This document shows positions 9,097-19,179 of a stretch of DNA of 64,000 nucleotides, piece by piece. The notes below the pieces were generated by a model that was not told the DNA's origin, ran no database searches, and saw nothing but the letters and a program-made list of their open reading frames with translations. This stretch comes from an uncultured Nitrososphaerota archaeon (lineage in GTDB: Archaea > Thermoproteota > Nitrososphaeria > Nitrososphaerales > Gagatemarchaeaceae): the NCBI GenBank assembly GCA_963718895.1, contig CAVRAG010000008.1, positions 1,548,040-1,612,039 on the forward strand, given 5' to 3'. Both the position numbers and the translations under genes were made by a program. The stretch's first letter is position 1, and every line of letters starts with the position of its first letter.

Positions 9097-10570
9097 TGAT
9101 TCTCACCATTATTTCAACTCCGACAGAAGTGTTGGGTAGTCGCTTTGGGAACACGAACATGACCTGATGCTCACTGCTCCAGTTTGGTTCTGGGTCAGAC
9201 TTGATAAAGGTGCACCACTCTGGGAGAAGCAATTCGAATACTTCGTCTGTTGATGCGTATGATGTGTTTATCAGATAACCAAGTCTAATCTTGTGTTCTT
9301 TGCCAATCTTTTCCATCTTCATGACTTGGTCGTACTCAAACAGAAGACTGGCAGATTCTTCGTCCGCAGAGGGCCGTCTCGACTTGATCTCCAGAAGCGG
9401 CCCACTTGGGGTATTCCTAATCGAATAGGGCAATCTATAGAAGTAGTCCTGCACTATGACTTGTTTTGGCATCGAATACAGACCAACAGTCAAAGTTTGG
9501 TCATAGTGCGCTTGTGCTTGGTGCCTCGCATTTGAGTAGACTTTGAACTCGAAATATCCATCCTCATTGGAGTTAGATATGAGACGTACTGTTGTCTTCG
9601 AGTAACCTTTGTACTGTGTCTTCTCCCACTGGCTCAGGATATGTTCTATCTTGTCATGCCTTTCCTTACTTTGGTCCCGTAATGATCTGGGAAACGGAAT
9701 TCGAACGCTCATCAAGATTACCTTGTCAGAAATGACCCGAATCCACATCAGTTGTCGGAAGAATGATGCCGTGAAAGCATAACCATAGATGTATTTCTCG
9801 AGTTCAAAATCTCGTTCTATGCCATACGAATCTTCCATGCCTGACTTTTGAATCGCATCTTGCAACTGCTCAGGTGTCTGGAACATGTTGAAAACGGTTA
9901 TCTTAACCCAGCGGATTGATATTGGAAAGAATAGGAGGGAAATCAGGGCAAGAATGAAGCCGTACGCACCATACACTAGCCCACTCGTCCCTAATTTCAG
10001 GCGATAAATCATAGGATAAGACCTACCTTTCGGCCTACGTGGCGTCGCTGGCTGACCCAACGCCAGAATTGCTCCGAGAATCAAGAGGAGATCAATAGAG
10101 ACTCGCGTTACAAAACCACCGAGGACTTGGACGATGACACCTGGAATCTCCGCCTCAAGGTGTCGTTGGACCGGCTCGCCAATCCACAGCACCACACCTT
10201 GGCCCAGTCGCACGATTGCCGCAAGACACACAAGAATCAACACCCACCCTAACATGCTGTGCATCAGCCTAGACCGAGAAGACATTTCTCGTGACCCGGC
10301 TATACCGTAGAAACCAATCGATACTAACGGGAGAACAATTGCCAAAGCTAGAGCTTCCAAAACAGTAAGGAATTCAATCCGAAGTCCGGCGGCCGAAAGA
10401 AGATCAGCCACAGCGTAGAGTGCAAACGCGATGGCAGAAAGACGGAGAAAGAAATCTCTCAACATTACCAAGCGAGTACCTTTCTTTCCCCTTGTCACTT
10501 CGTCGACGACCGTTTCAAGAGGAAGCCTCATTAGACCGCCAGATTCATCTCCTGGAACCCATTCGCTCAT
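9071..10570 (-). CDS. Membrane protein with about five N-terminal TM helices and a soluble C-terminal domain
   Basis: 499-aa ORF, hydrophobic N-terminal half, relatively AT-rich. Confidence 0.7.
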   Translation of the reverse strand: MSEWVPGDESGGLMRLPLETVVDEVTRGKKGTRLVMLRDFFLRLSAIAFALYAVADLLSAAGLRIEFLTVLEALALAIVLPLVSIGFYGIAGSREMSSRSRLMHSMLGWVLILVCLAAIVRLGQGVVLWIGEPVQRHLEAEIPGVIVQVLGGFVTRVSIDLLLILGAILALGQPATPRRPKGRSYPMIYRLKLGTSGLVYGAYGFILALISLLFFPISIRWVKITVFNMFQTPEQLQDAIQKSGMEDSYGIERDFELEKYIYGYAFTASFFRQLMWIRVISDKVILMSVRIPFPRSLRDQSKERHDKIEHILSQWEKTQYKGYSKTTVRLISNSNEDGYFEFKVYSNARHQAQAHYDQTLTVGLYSMPKQVIVQDYFYRLPYSIRNTPSGPLLEIKSRRPSADEESASLLFEYDQVMKMEKIGKEHKIRLGYLINTSYASTDEVFELLLPEWCTFIKSDPEPNWSSEHQVMFVFPKRLPNTSVGVEIMVRINEDRVSSS

Positions 10571-10683
10571 TGTCTCTTTACTCGATCTAGATGCACTTGA
10601 GTCATCTCTTTCTGCCTAATGTTATTAGGAAGGCCTAGTTATCGCCCGCGAGACCATAACCGCCCACTCGAGCCAAGCATAAA

Positions 10684-10704
10684 GGTTCATTGCATCCGGC
10701 TGGT
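10684..10704. repeat. Highly degenerate copy of the 23S 3' BHB arm
   Basis: ggttcattgc (10 nt exact) followed by atccggctgg; lies just past the stop of ORF 10714-11016. Confidence 0.4.
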
Positions 10705-10713
10705 TTGCACCCT

Positions 10714-11016
10714 TCAAATCTGGGAAATGGTCGCGCGACATACAATGCCTTTGTTATAATCCACTGATAATGAACCATCAGGATTCTTCCAGATTTCACA
10801 TTGTGTTTCTTGAGTCGCTTTCTCTATCGCATCGAACACAGACCTTGCTTCTACTATGTATGGGTCCTTTCCTCCAACCATTCTGATTGCAAACCTCTTA
10901 GGAATGTTGGCAGTCTCTTCTTTCGACACATGGCTTGGGGGTTCCGTGTTATCCTTGTTGTACATCCACAGGTTAACCCACTTCCAGAAATCAGGCACCC
11001 GTTCCATGTCTCTCAC
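10714..11016 (-). CDS. Hypothetical cassette protein
   Basis: 100-aa ORF between two repeat copies. Confidence 0.6.
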   Translation of the reverse strand: MRDMERVPDFWKWVNLWMYNKDNTEPPSHVSKEETANIPKRFAIRMVGGKDPYIVEARSVFDAIEKATQETQCEIWKNPDGSLSVDYNKGIVCRATISQI

Positions 11017-11278
11017 CGATTATGGCATTCGGTACCAGGAACTTTCCCAAACAACTCTTTCCACAACTCTCTTTCTTTCTCTTCCGCCCTCTTATTGCAG
11101 CATGGTTTCCACTGCGTTTGTATTCTATTCATCGCAAAGCCTTCGCTAAGCCGCGGACGTCGTCGTCCCATCTCGTCCGATCTCAGCAACGATTCTGATT
11201 ACTTGTTACGTATATAAGCGTTACAGCTATCAAGAGATTATCTTGAATTCTAGAAGAAAGTGCTCCGGAAATCCACAT

Positions 11279-11300
11279 GGTTCATTGCGCCTCCGCCTGG
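11279..11300. repeat. Partial copy of the 23S 3' BHB arm
   Basis: ggttcattgcgcctccgcc is identical over 19 nt to 19935-19953. Confidence 0.85.
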
Positions 11301-11309
11301 AGAGTATTC

Positions 11310-12293
11310 TCAGAATTGGGGTAGGTCAGTCCGGGAGGCTCTCCGCCAAACGACATGTATGAGTCTCGCACTCTCGATGACTCCGAAGAAGTACAGTGCA
11401 ATCGTCAGTAACGAACTTACGCGATTCGATAGTATCTGTGAAATCGAAGAGATGGGTTGAATGCTAAGGTGAAAGTTGGTGTATGTCTGCTCCATGTCGA
11501 AGGAACTTCCATTGAACATCGTCACTACGAGTAATGGTGAGTAATCGCCCCCCGAAGGAAAGGCAATGTAGGAGCAGCAATATGACCATTCACCTGCGGA
11601 TTTGTGGTCGAGAGAGATGAACTGTTCTGCAGTATTGGCATCCAGCGAGGAATTGGATAGGACTTGGCTTTGAAATGCAAAATCCATATGGTCAATGCTC
11701 GAGGCGGTAGTCACGTTATACACAGAGGCGGTCACACTAACATTGATTGATAATCCAGCTACGAATTCGAGTTCGTCGGTTAGGGTGTTGTGTAGGAATA
11801 CGACGATGGCGACGTCTTGGGATAAGGGTGATTTGTTGGAGAAGCTGAAATCCATTGGGGCGTTAATAGCGTAGCCACCTGCCTCACTTCCAAGGGCCTG
11901 CGTTGTTATGATAGTTCCTCCAATAAATGCCCCGAGTAACAGATCAACAAAAATCACGACAACCACTAGAAGATACCACACCCAGCGAAATCTTAGAAAG
12001 CTTCTCCTAGTGCCTCTTGTAAGCTCTTCTAGAAGTCTACCCACTTTGGGTATTCTTGTGATAACCGAGTTGGGATTCAATGATGCTGAATCATTGACTG
12101 ATTCAGGCGTGAAACCGTAGACGACTGCTAGCGTCCCAAAGAAGACCAAGGCGACATACAATTCAGTTAGATTACCTGCTTCCGGAGTACTAAGCACCTG
12201 AGAAGCTATTGATCCTTCTAGTGTGAAAATTGTCAGAAACCAAATACTCATGACAATGAATGATAGACCAATTAAGATGGCATATTTTCTCAA
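11310..12293 (-). CDS. Membrane protein (cassette gene)
   Basis: 327 aa, three N-terminal and one C-terminal TM segments; AT-rich; stop about 10 nt from a repeat. Confidence 0.7.
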   Translation of the reverse strand: MRKYAILIGLSFIVMSIWFLTIFTLEGSIASQVLSTPEAGNLTELYVALVFFGTLAVVYGFTPESVNDSASLNPNSVITRIPKVGRLLEELTRGTRRSFLRFRWVWYLLVVVVIFVDLLLGAFIGGTIITTQALGSEAGGYAINAPMDFSFSNKSPLSQDVAIVVFLHNTLTDELEFVAGLSINVSVTASVYNVTTASSIDHMDFAFQSQVLSNSSLDANTAEQFISLDHKSAGEWSYCCSYIAFPSGGDYSPLLVVTMFNGSSFDMEQTYTNFHLSIQPISSISQILSNRVSSLLTIALYFFGVIESARLIHVVWRRASRTDLPQF

Positions 12294-12348
12294 ATCTGGG
12301 AAATAGACTCACGTATCGCTATTTATCAATAATGTGTAACAATGACTC

Positions 12349-12418
12349 TTGTGCCTCCGCCGGGGCATTTCATCCACACGTTGGGCTATCGCAAGTCGAC
12401 CGGCTGAACGCGCCGCCC
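12349..12418. repeat. Copy of the 23S rRNA 3' terminus plus BHB arm
   Basis: 70 nt aligning to 19941-20010 with 7 mismatches by manual count; extends ~40 nt into the mature 23S. Confidence 0.95.
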
Positions 12419-12435
12419 TCGGCAGGGTCCGACCT

Positions 12436-13089
12436 TCATCGTCCAAACGCCCACGCCACCATGAGCGGTAACTCTTCTCGCCAGAATGCGTCGCCGTGCG
12501 ATCCGACCCGCTCGATCATGACGACGTCTGCACCCGCATCGCGCAGCGCGGTCGCCCACCGCCTCGCGTTCTCGAGGAAGAACGGCTCCAGGGTGCCGGC
12601 GACGAGATACGCGCGCTGCACCGATCGCGGCATAGCTTCAGGAGGGCGGTAACCCCCGCCTGGCGAGGCGCAGAAGATCGCACCGTAGATGTCCGGATGG
12701 CGAAGCCCAATGGCGAGCGCGAGCTCTCCACTCGCCGAGACACCGAACACCGCGGTGCGCTCGGCGGGCAGCGCCACTTCGAAACGCGACCTCGCCCATC
12801 GGCGGAGGTCCTCGACAAAGAACTTCTCGTGCGCCGCGAACCGCACCGGGTCAAACGCCGGTGAGTACTCATGGAGCCGCAGCGTCTCATCGTCCAGCCG
12901 GTGTGCACCGACGATCATCGTGGGCGGTACGTCGGCCGCCTCGAGGGCTCCTCCCCATTGCGCGATCAACTGGCCGTCACCGGCGAACACGACCGCCTCG
13001 GGCGGATCAGGTGGGACATACACCGTGACCTGACGACCACCATCGTACTCGAACGTCTCGGTGACGAGCTCTCCCTTGATGGACGACAT
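12436..13089 (-). CDS. Alpha/beta-hydrolase, putative esterase (Fes/IroE-like)
   Basis: GVSASG nucleophile elbow, C-terminal GSHG catalytic His; GC-rich (~65% in a sampled line). Confidence 0.85.
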   Translation of the reverse strand: MSSIKGELVTETFEYDGGRQVTVYVPPDPPEAVVFAGDGQLIAQWGGALEAADVPPTMIVGAHRLDDETLRLHEYSPAFDPVRFAAHEKFFVEDLRRWARSRFEVALPAERTAVFGVSASGELALAIGLRHPDIYGAIFCASPGGGYRPPEAMPRSVQRAYLVAGTLEPFFLENARRWATALRDAGADVVMIERVGSHGDAFWREELPLMVAWAFGR

Positions 13090-13127
13090 CGTCGCTGGTG
13101 AGATTGCCTGTGATATTGGTATTCTCG

Positions 13128-13159
13128 ATTGCGCCTCCGCCTCGGCATTTCATCCACAC
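13128..13159. repeat. Partial copy of the 23S 3' BHB arm
   Basis: attgcgcctccgcctcggcatttcatccacac matches 19940-19971 at 30/32. Confidence 0.9.
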
Positions 13160-13179
13160 ATAGCACTGGACCTGAATCT

Positions 13180-13572
13180 TCAACCCTTGAGGACGTTCTC
13201 GTCAACTTTCACGAGCAACCAAGAGTAGAGGTTGGTTCGAAGCTTCCTGTTCCTCGGGTTTCCACATACTACAAAATCTTCACCCTGCTTCAAGTGGATG
13301 TGTATCCGAGGACTGGGTAGGTAAGGAGTCAGGCCTTCTTGCAGCGACATGGTACCTATATCTGAGTAGTTGACATCTCGACGAAGACTTCTTCCGACGA
13401 GTTGGAATAGATTTTCGTAGAATCTGGCCGCTCGAACGGGTTGAATCCAGTTTCGAATGACTCCAGGGACGCAGAGTGCTGAGCCAAAAAGGAGCCCGAT
13501 CGACCCAGCGAATGCGGCAGGAGAGTAGAACAACAGGCGAACCCCAAAGTACAGGCTAGCAACTGTGAGCAC
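13180..13572 (-). CDS. Small membrane-anchored protein (two TM plus PH-like domain), 5' end possibly degraded
   Basis: 130-aa ORF with hydrophobic N-terminus; stop about 20 nt from a repeat. Confidence 0.55.
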   Translation of the reverse strand: MLTVASLYFGVRLLFYSPAAFAGSIGLLFGSALCVPGVIRNWIQPVRAARFYENLFQLVGRSLRRDVNYSDIGTMSLQEGLTPYLPSPRIHIHLKQGEDFVVCGNPRNRKLRTNLYSWLLVKVDENVLKG

Positions 13573-13810
13573 GGAATAGCTGGCAAGAGCGGGAGTCAGT
13601 GAACAAATGAATAGCGTAGGTTCTAGCTGCTTTCAAAGTATCCCTTCCAATCGCAAGACGAGCGAACCAGGCGTGACGAGAAACCACGCATCAATCAGCC
13701 TATCAGCGATTTGAGCCGCGGCAACGACACTTAACTTTTGTCAAATGCGGTTACTGAGATTCGTAGTGTCTAGGCTTCCTTTGATCTTAGGATGCCGTAA
13801 AATGGGCAAG

Positions 13811-13880
13811 TGCCATGTATAGGGTTCATTGCGCCTCCGCCGGGGCATTTCATCCACACGTTGGGCTATAGTAAGTCGAC
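13811..13880. repeat. Near-perfect copy of the 23S 3' terminus plus BHB arm
   Basis: 70 nt aligning to 19923-19992 with 3 mismatches. Confidence 0.97.
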
Positions 13881-13966
13881 CTTTCTTGTGTGGGTTCCAG
13901 ATTACCTTTCGCTCTTCGAAATCCTTGGCCCCAAAGGACCAATCTTCACAGACGCTGAAGGCCCAA

Positions 13967-15161
13967 TCAGTTTCGAGCGGCGACCCTGGGTACCATCACG
14001 AACCCCGTGCCCGCCTCGGGCACGTCAGGGTTTACGTATCTCCTGAAGATCGCAATGTACTCGGGAAGTCGCAGCGCAATAGGGTCGCCGCAGCGCGTCG
14101 TTCTCGCCGGGAAACGGGTCCCCGCCCAGGGCCTTCTTCACGACATCGTAGCTGTCGAGGTTGGTGAGCCGGTGGGCTATCACGGTCCCGCAGTTGTCCC
14201 AGACGTACCTGGAGAGCAAGGTCGGCATCTGGTCGACGATGATGAACCCCCAGCCGTATCTTCTGGCCTCAGCTATCGCGAGCTCGAGCAAGGTCCTGTC
14301 TCCCCTCTGCTGCGGGGGCCTCTCCTCGCTGAGATACCTGTGGGCCTCCTCGACCACGATCAGCCGCGTGAGCTGCTCAGGGGGCAACTCCCGGTTGAAG
14401 GCCCGGGTCTTGTCGTGCTGCCAGAGCTGCGCCAGCATCATCTCGGCCAAGAACCGCTGGTCCCTCAGCGAATCGACCTGCCCTATCTCGTAGACTGTGA
14501 CCCTCTCTTCCATCCCCGCGAAGTCAAGGGCCAGCTCCGAGTTGAGCGAGGACCCGACCGCGCCCATGTTTATGATGTGCAGCCTCGACTCGAGAGCGCG
14601 CTGGCTGTTCTGCTCCTTGCTGCTTCCCGCCCTGAACTGCGCTACGGCGCCCTCGAGCTCGCGGAGGGTGGGGCTCGTCCTCAACTCTCCCCGGAGCGAG
14701 CAGAGGCAGTCCAGCAAGATGCGCCTCGATGGCTCGGACAACCCGTACGCCCTCGTGAAGACGTCTGTGAAGGCCCTGTCCCACGGGTCGGCCATAGAAC
14801 CCGGGGGAGGGATCAGCGGATTGAACCTGATGGTGGGCTCGTCCCCCACCGCGAGGATCTGGACGTCCTCGTCCAGCAGGCCCTTCAGCTCCCTGTACTC
14901 GCGCTTCACGTCCACGATGAGGCAGGCCTTCTTCCGGTTCCTCAGCGACTGCTCTATCGCGTGGAAGGTGTGGTTCGTCTTGCCGGAGCCCGTGGCTCCC
15001 ACGATGAGCGCGTGCCTCAGCAGGAGCCGGTCGGTGAAACCGAAGCGGGTGTGCCTGGCCTCGCCGAGCACGGCGAAGATCTTCTTGTGTCCGGAGTTCC
15101 GGCTCCTGACCCGCGACTTCATCAGGTCCTCGAAACCCGGTTCAGATGGGTCATCGAACAT
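13967..15161 (-). CDS. HerA/FtsK-family (DUF87) ATPase, frameshift near the 3' end
   Basis: Walker A GATGSGKT, DVKREY, Walker B LIVVEEAH, EARRYG..DQ; alternative frame near 14090 gives a plausible C-terminus ending at 13967. Confidence 0.9.
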
Positions 15162-15624
15162 CCAGGTGAGCCTCCAGCTCCTTGAGCATCCTGCAGAGTC
15201 TCGTGTACTCCGCCTGGTCGACCTTTCCCCTCTCGTAGGACATCCTCGCTCCGTCGGACGCGAGGCGGAGAGCCTCTGTCCATCCCGGGCTCTGAAGCTG
15301 CGGGGCCCTTCCAGTGAGGACGCTCTGGAAGGTGACTGAGATCGCCTCGATGAGCTTCTCGGAATACTGCGAAGCCCTGTAGGCCTGCCCCCTCTTCTCG
15401 AGCATCCCGAGGTCGACGAGCCTTGAGAGACGGAACCACGCGCCGGCCCTTCCCACCCTGAAGACGGACCTCGCGTCGGTGTTGTTCACCGGCTTGATGG
15501 TCGCGATGCTCAGCAGGTCGATGACCTTCTCGTCGGAGAGGGCGTACAGGTGTTCCCTGAAGTGCCTAATCAGCGCCAGATCCTGGGTCACCGACTTTAC
15601 CCCCGTCGAGCTCAACATCTCCAC
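15151..15624 (-). CDS. Winged-HTH-like protein coupled to the HerA ATPase
   Basis: AWFRLSRLVDLGMLEKRG wHTH-type motif; overlaps the ATPase start. Confidence 0.6.
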   Translation of the reverse strand: MEMLSSTGVKSVTQDLALIRHFREHLYALSDEKVIDLLSIATIKPVNNTDARSVFRVGRAGAWFRLSRLVDLGMLEKRGQAYRASQYSEKLIEAISVTFQSVLTGRAPQLQSPGWTEALRLASDGARMSYERGKVDQAEYTRLCRMLKELEAHLDVR

Positions 15625-16316
15625 CCTGCCTCCGGAAAGGAACTCTGCTTCAACTCGAATCGGCGCGGCTCCCGTCTTAAAGGAGATTCCTTACAACGCG
15701 TAAGTACAACTTGTAAGGAAAGGTTTTCTTCTCTAGCTTCAGGGGCGCCCTCACCTGCGTCTTCTGTGGTCAACCTTCCGTGGGGACGCGACCCGCTTAT
15801 AGACGGTTCCGCACCTTATTGACGTACCTAAGATACGTTTCCGGGCCTACCGAGTCGGACTTTCTGAGCGGGTCAGCGGTGCTTCGAGGTATTGCAATGT
15901 TCAGGTACTGATATGAGTGTTTTTGCAATCTCGTCCCGTCAAAGTGGCGCGTACGACATCGTCCTCGCGACGTCAAAACGAGATTCGACGCGATGAGATG
16001 GTATGACGTCAAACCGGGATTTGACACACGTCAAATAGCATCTCGACATGCTCGGTTCTAAATAGCGATCCAGACGAACCATCCACGCTCATATCGTCCC
16101 GACGTTCAAACCCCGTGTTTTTGTCTTCCTACTCTCGAATCTAACTGTCCAACTACTTGCCTTTCATCCCTCGCTTCCCCTGATCTTCTGATCTTACTGC
16201 CTGTCCTCCAACCTCGCTAATGCTCAGGCCACGTACTCCGTTTCTCCTACCAGCTCCGAATCCATGACCTCCCAGTGCGCTCGCTACCGACGACTGAAGC
16301 TCTGATGTGATGCCCA

Positions 16317-17618
16317 ATGTACGAAGAAGATCTGCATCCATATGAAGTACCCAAACCGGGAATTGGTACCTCATCTGACGAACGAAGGCCGCCTGGCTCT
16401 GGACCCGTCGCTTTCTTTGTCCGCAGTAGCCAGCATGGTTCCCGCACCAATGAGAGAGAAGAAGATGTACCAAGGCTTGTTGGAGGCAATAGGCCGTTTC
16501 CCCGTCTCGGAAGTCTGCCTACGAGCACCCCATATATCACGTGCCTGCGGGCTGCGAAATACTTCGATGGCCTCGCCCTGATTGTGCCGAAGAGAGCGCT
16601 GCCAGAGCACTCCAAGAGCGACATACTCGAGATTAAGGTCGCCAGATGCGCCGAACCCGAGAAGGAGCTGTCGCTGTACGGGAGACATCAACCAGGATAC
16701 AAGTGCGCGAGGCTCGATCTGAACCAGATTGAGGTAGCTTACGGCGAAGAGTTCTGGGTTAGATCGGTAGGGAAGTATCTGCCTCAGAAGTTAGCATCTG
16801 AGTACAACCTCATGAAACCGATAGGCCTAGAGAATACAGAGCTGATTCTGGACGGAAGGCCTTGCCTGAGAGTGGACGGGACTGAGGTCAGACTGGCGGT
16901 GAAGAGGTTCAGGACCTTCGAGAGCAAGGCGATATTGGACGTGGAATTTGGTAGTGGTGGACTGATTAGGGTGATAAGAGGGTTGGAGGGTTTCAACGTA
17001 AAGACCAGGAATCACTCTCAGGTCTACTCCATGATGACAGATGGAAGGCAGGTACTGATTACCTACAAGATGCCAGGCGAATCGATGCACACACGAGTAG
17101 TGGACTCGAGCACGGCTAGCTATAGCACAGTCAATTCAGTGCCGGAGATTGGTAGTCGCGCAGATCTACTTGCCATACCTGATTCGTTTGAAGGAAGATA
17201 TGTCATAAGGTTGAATTCACGGTTCATGGTACACATGATAGCAAAGTTGGTTAGACATGGTGCGTGCAGATATGAGAAGGTGAGAGGGGACATCGGGGAA
17301 GAAATCATAGATTCCATCCTGTCACAGATTGGCGTCCCGCAACTGATAGGTCATCCCCTGGATCCCGGGAGGGACTACGATTCAAGTCGTAAAGGACCAG
17401 ATAGCTTGAGGAAGGTCCCGATTGTCCAGCTTGGCTACTTCGAATTCAAGTGGTGGAAGGAAGCCGAGAAAGCGTCCTACGAGGCACAAGTACAAGCCAG
17501 CAGGTTCCCGCGAGGGAAGAGATTCAGGGGGCAGAGAATCGGGGGCGCTTATATTGCAAATCTCGATTGGGATATGTCAAGCCCAATGTGCTCGTTGACC
17601 GTATCGAGAGTGTGGTGA
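16317..17618 (+). CDS. Hypothetical protein with C-terminal PD-(D/E)XK-like nuclease motif (start probably further downstream)
   Basis: RGDIGEEI...KGPD...YFEFK spacing resembles restriction-endonuclease-fold motifs. Confidence 0.55.
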   Translation: MYEEDLHPYEVPKPGIGTSSDERRPPGSGPVAFFVRSSQHGSRTNEREEDVPRLVGGNRPFPRLGSLPTSTPYITCLRAAKYFDGLALIVPKRALPEHSKSDILEIKVARCAEPEKELSLYGRHQPGYKCARLDLNQIEVAYGEEFWVRSVGKYLPQKLASEYNLMKPIGLENTELILDGRPCLRVDGTEVRLAVKRFRTFESKAILDVEFGSGGLIRVIRGLEGFNVKTRNHSQVYSMMTDGRQVLITYKMPGESMHTRVVDSSTASYSTVNSVPEIGSRADLLAIPDSFEGRYVIRLNSRFMVHMIAKLVRHGACRYEKVRGDIGEEIIDSILSQIGVPQLIGHPLDPGRDYDSSRKGPDSLRKVPIVQLGYFEFKWWKEAEKASYEAQVQASRFPRGKRFRGQRIGGAYIANLDWDMSSPMCSLTVSRVW

Positions 17619-18263
17619 ATGTCGAGTCAAGCTGATGAGGCAGAAGCGGTTCGAGAAGTAGTGTCCGGACTCACCAACGCCGAATTTGAAATCATGGACA
17701 TCAAGGACCAGCATCCGGATAGCAAGATATCTCCGATTTGGTTCATGAGTTGCCGCGAAATCACTCAGGCGAACAAGATTCCCCACGTCCAAGCCATCTG
17801 GAGAGGGAAGGGAGAAATCCGAATAGAGTCTCTGACAATAGGCAACACTTCTGATTGGATTGAGGAGAGCGGAGGGGAGGAGGCCGTCTATCCCGTCCTG
17901 GAAATGGACCTGACGAACTTCTGGGACCCCGGGTTTCGCAAGAGGTTCCTGAGGGGGTTTCCTGACCTTAAGATAAGACTTGGATGGTGTGAGGCGATTC
18001 TTGCCGATGTCTCGAAGAAACGCGGTGTCAAGCTTGAAATCCGATTCGACGGAGGAAAGGGGCTTGCGGTATTCTACATTGACGCGAAGGTGAAGGCCAC
18101 CCCGGAGAAGATTGGACTGGAAATCAAGCGCGTCGAGAACGCGTTGAAGGCGCTGAAGGAAGCTTACTCGGAGGTCGCGGGAGAGGTTCGCGACGCCGAA
18201 ATGGAATCCAGAGAGTTCCGCAAATGGAAGCTAAGGGCCAGAGCGGAAGCATCAAAATCCTAG
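17619..18263 (+). CDS. Hypothetical protein
   Basis: 214 aa, starts directly after the previous stop. Confidence 0.65.
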   Translation: MSSQADEAEAVREVVSGLTNAEFEIMDIKDQHPDSKISPIWFMSCREITQANKIPHVQAIWRGKGEIRIESLTIGNTSDWIEESGGEEAVYPVLEMDLTNFWDPGFRKRFLRGFPDLKIRLGWCEAILADVSKKRGVKLEIRFDGGKGLAVFYIDAKVKATPEKIGLEIKRVENALKALKEAYSEVAGEVRDAEMESREFRKWKLRARAEASKS

Positions 18264-18270
18264 GACATAT

Positions 18271-18302
18271 TGTGTATGGTGTTTATCGCACCTCCGCCCG
18301 AG
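18271..18302. repeat. Degenerate copy of the 23S 3' BHB arm
   Basis: tgtgtatggtgtttatcgcacctccgcccg versus tgtgtagggttcattgcgcctccgccgg. Confidence 0.5.
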
Positions 18303-18399
18303 ATAAGGGCACCTACGCTGTGGAGCGTTGGATGATTCTAGATTTCCTCAATCGAGCATCGATCCAACTGACTTGATTCAAGTGGGCTTGCACGGCTAC

Positions 18400-19179
18400 T
18401 CACTCCCGTAGCACGCCTTGACCACGCTCTGTTAGTTCATAGTGTTTCTTAAGCAGGCCTGTTTTCTTCAGATACCCCTTCCTTACCAAGGACTCGAAGT
18501 GGGACATGTAAGGATAAACCGGCTCCTTGCGAGTCCTCCCTACGATGGCGAGAGCATCGTATTCGTTCTCGCTTAGGTCCGAGCGTAATTTCGGCCTAGT
18601 TCCATATTGCGGTTTGGAGACACTGTCCTTGTTTTCTGATTCCATGCTGGGCTTCAGTCGCTCGGGATGGAAGCGCCCATCGGACGAATCATAGGTACGC
18701 CTAATGGCGTCCTGCGCCTCACGAGGATATCTTTCCACTTCTCGGAGTGATATCCCTCTGTTAGGAGGTCTCTCAAAACGATACTCCTCCCGGCTTGACC
18801 TTGGTGACTTGCTTGGGGGCTTGGGTATCAAGTGGGTCTCTTTGATTTTGACGACTAGCGCTTTGAAGATTTCTTCTTCGTTTTCTTCAGAATGACCCTC
18901 CCACAGAAGTACGTTCAAGTGAGAAGCGAACGTTTCAGGCATAGTGATTGGATAACTTCCCAGTTTGAGTTTGACAGCTTCGCCAAGGATTTCGCCAAGA
19001 TTGCTTGTTGGTACAGCGCACTTGGCTATTATCCAATAACCCTGACCGCTTCTGTCGAAGTAATCTCTCAGACCACCTGAGACAAAATCTCTTCCGAAAA
19101 CTCTAGATTCGGTCTTCCGTTCCACCGAAATTCTTACTGTCAAACCGTTGAGAGATTGAGATTCGGATGTTACTGGCAT
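18400..19179 (-). CDS. Hypothetical protein with C-terminal wHTH-like segment
   Basis: 259 aa; LVRKGYLKK...YELTERG motif. Confidence 0.6.
   Translation of the reverse strand: MPVTSESQSLNGLTVRISVERKTESRVFGRDFVSGGLRDYFDRSGQGYWIIAKCAVPTSNLGEILGEAVKLKLGSYPITMPETFASHLNVLLWEGHSEENEEEIFKALVVKIKETHLIPKPPSKSPRSSREEYRFERPPNRGISLREVERYPREAQDAIRRTYDSSDGRFHPERLKPSMESENKDSVSKPQYGTRPKLRSDLSENEYDALAIVGRTRKEPVYPYMSHFESLVRKGYLKKTGLLKKHYELTERGQGVLRE

Noticed and set aside
14007-15339. Long plus-strand ORFs (392 and 280 aa) and similar antisense ORFs at 26739, 28529 and 48595
   Set aside because: Antisense shadows of GC3-rich genes that have clear motifs on the other strand.
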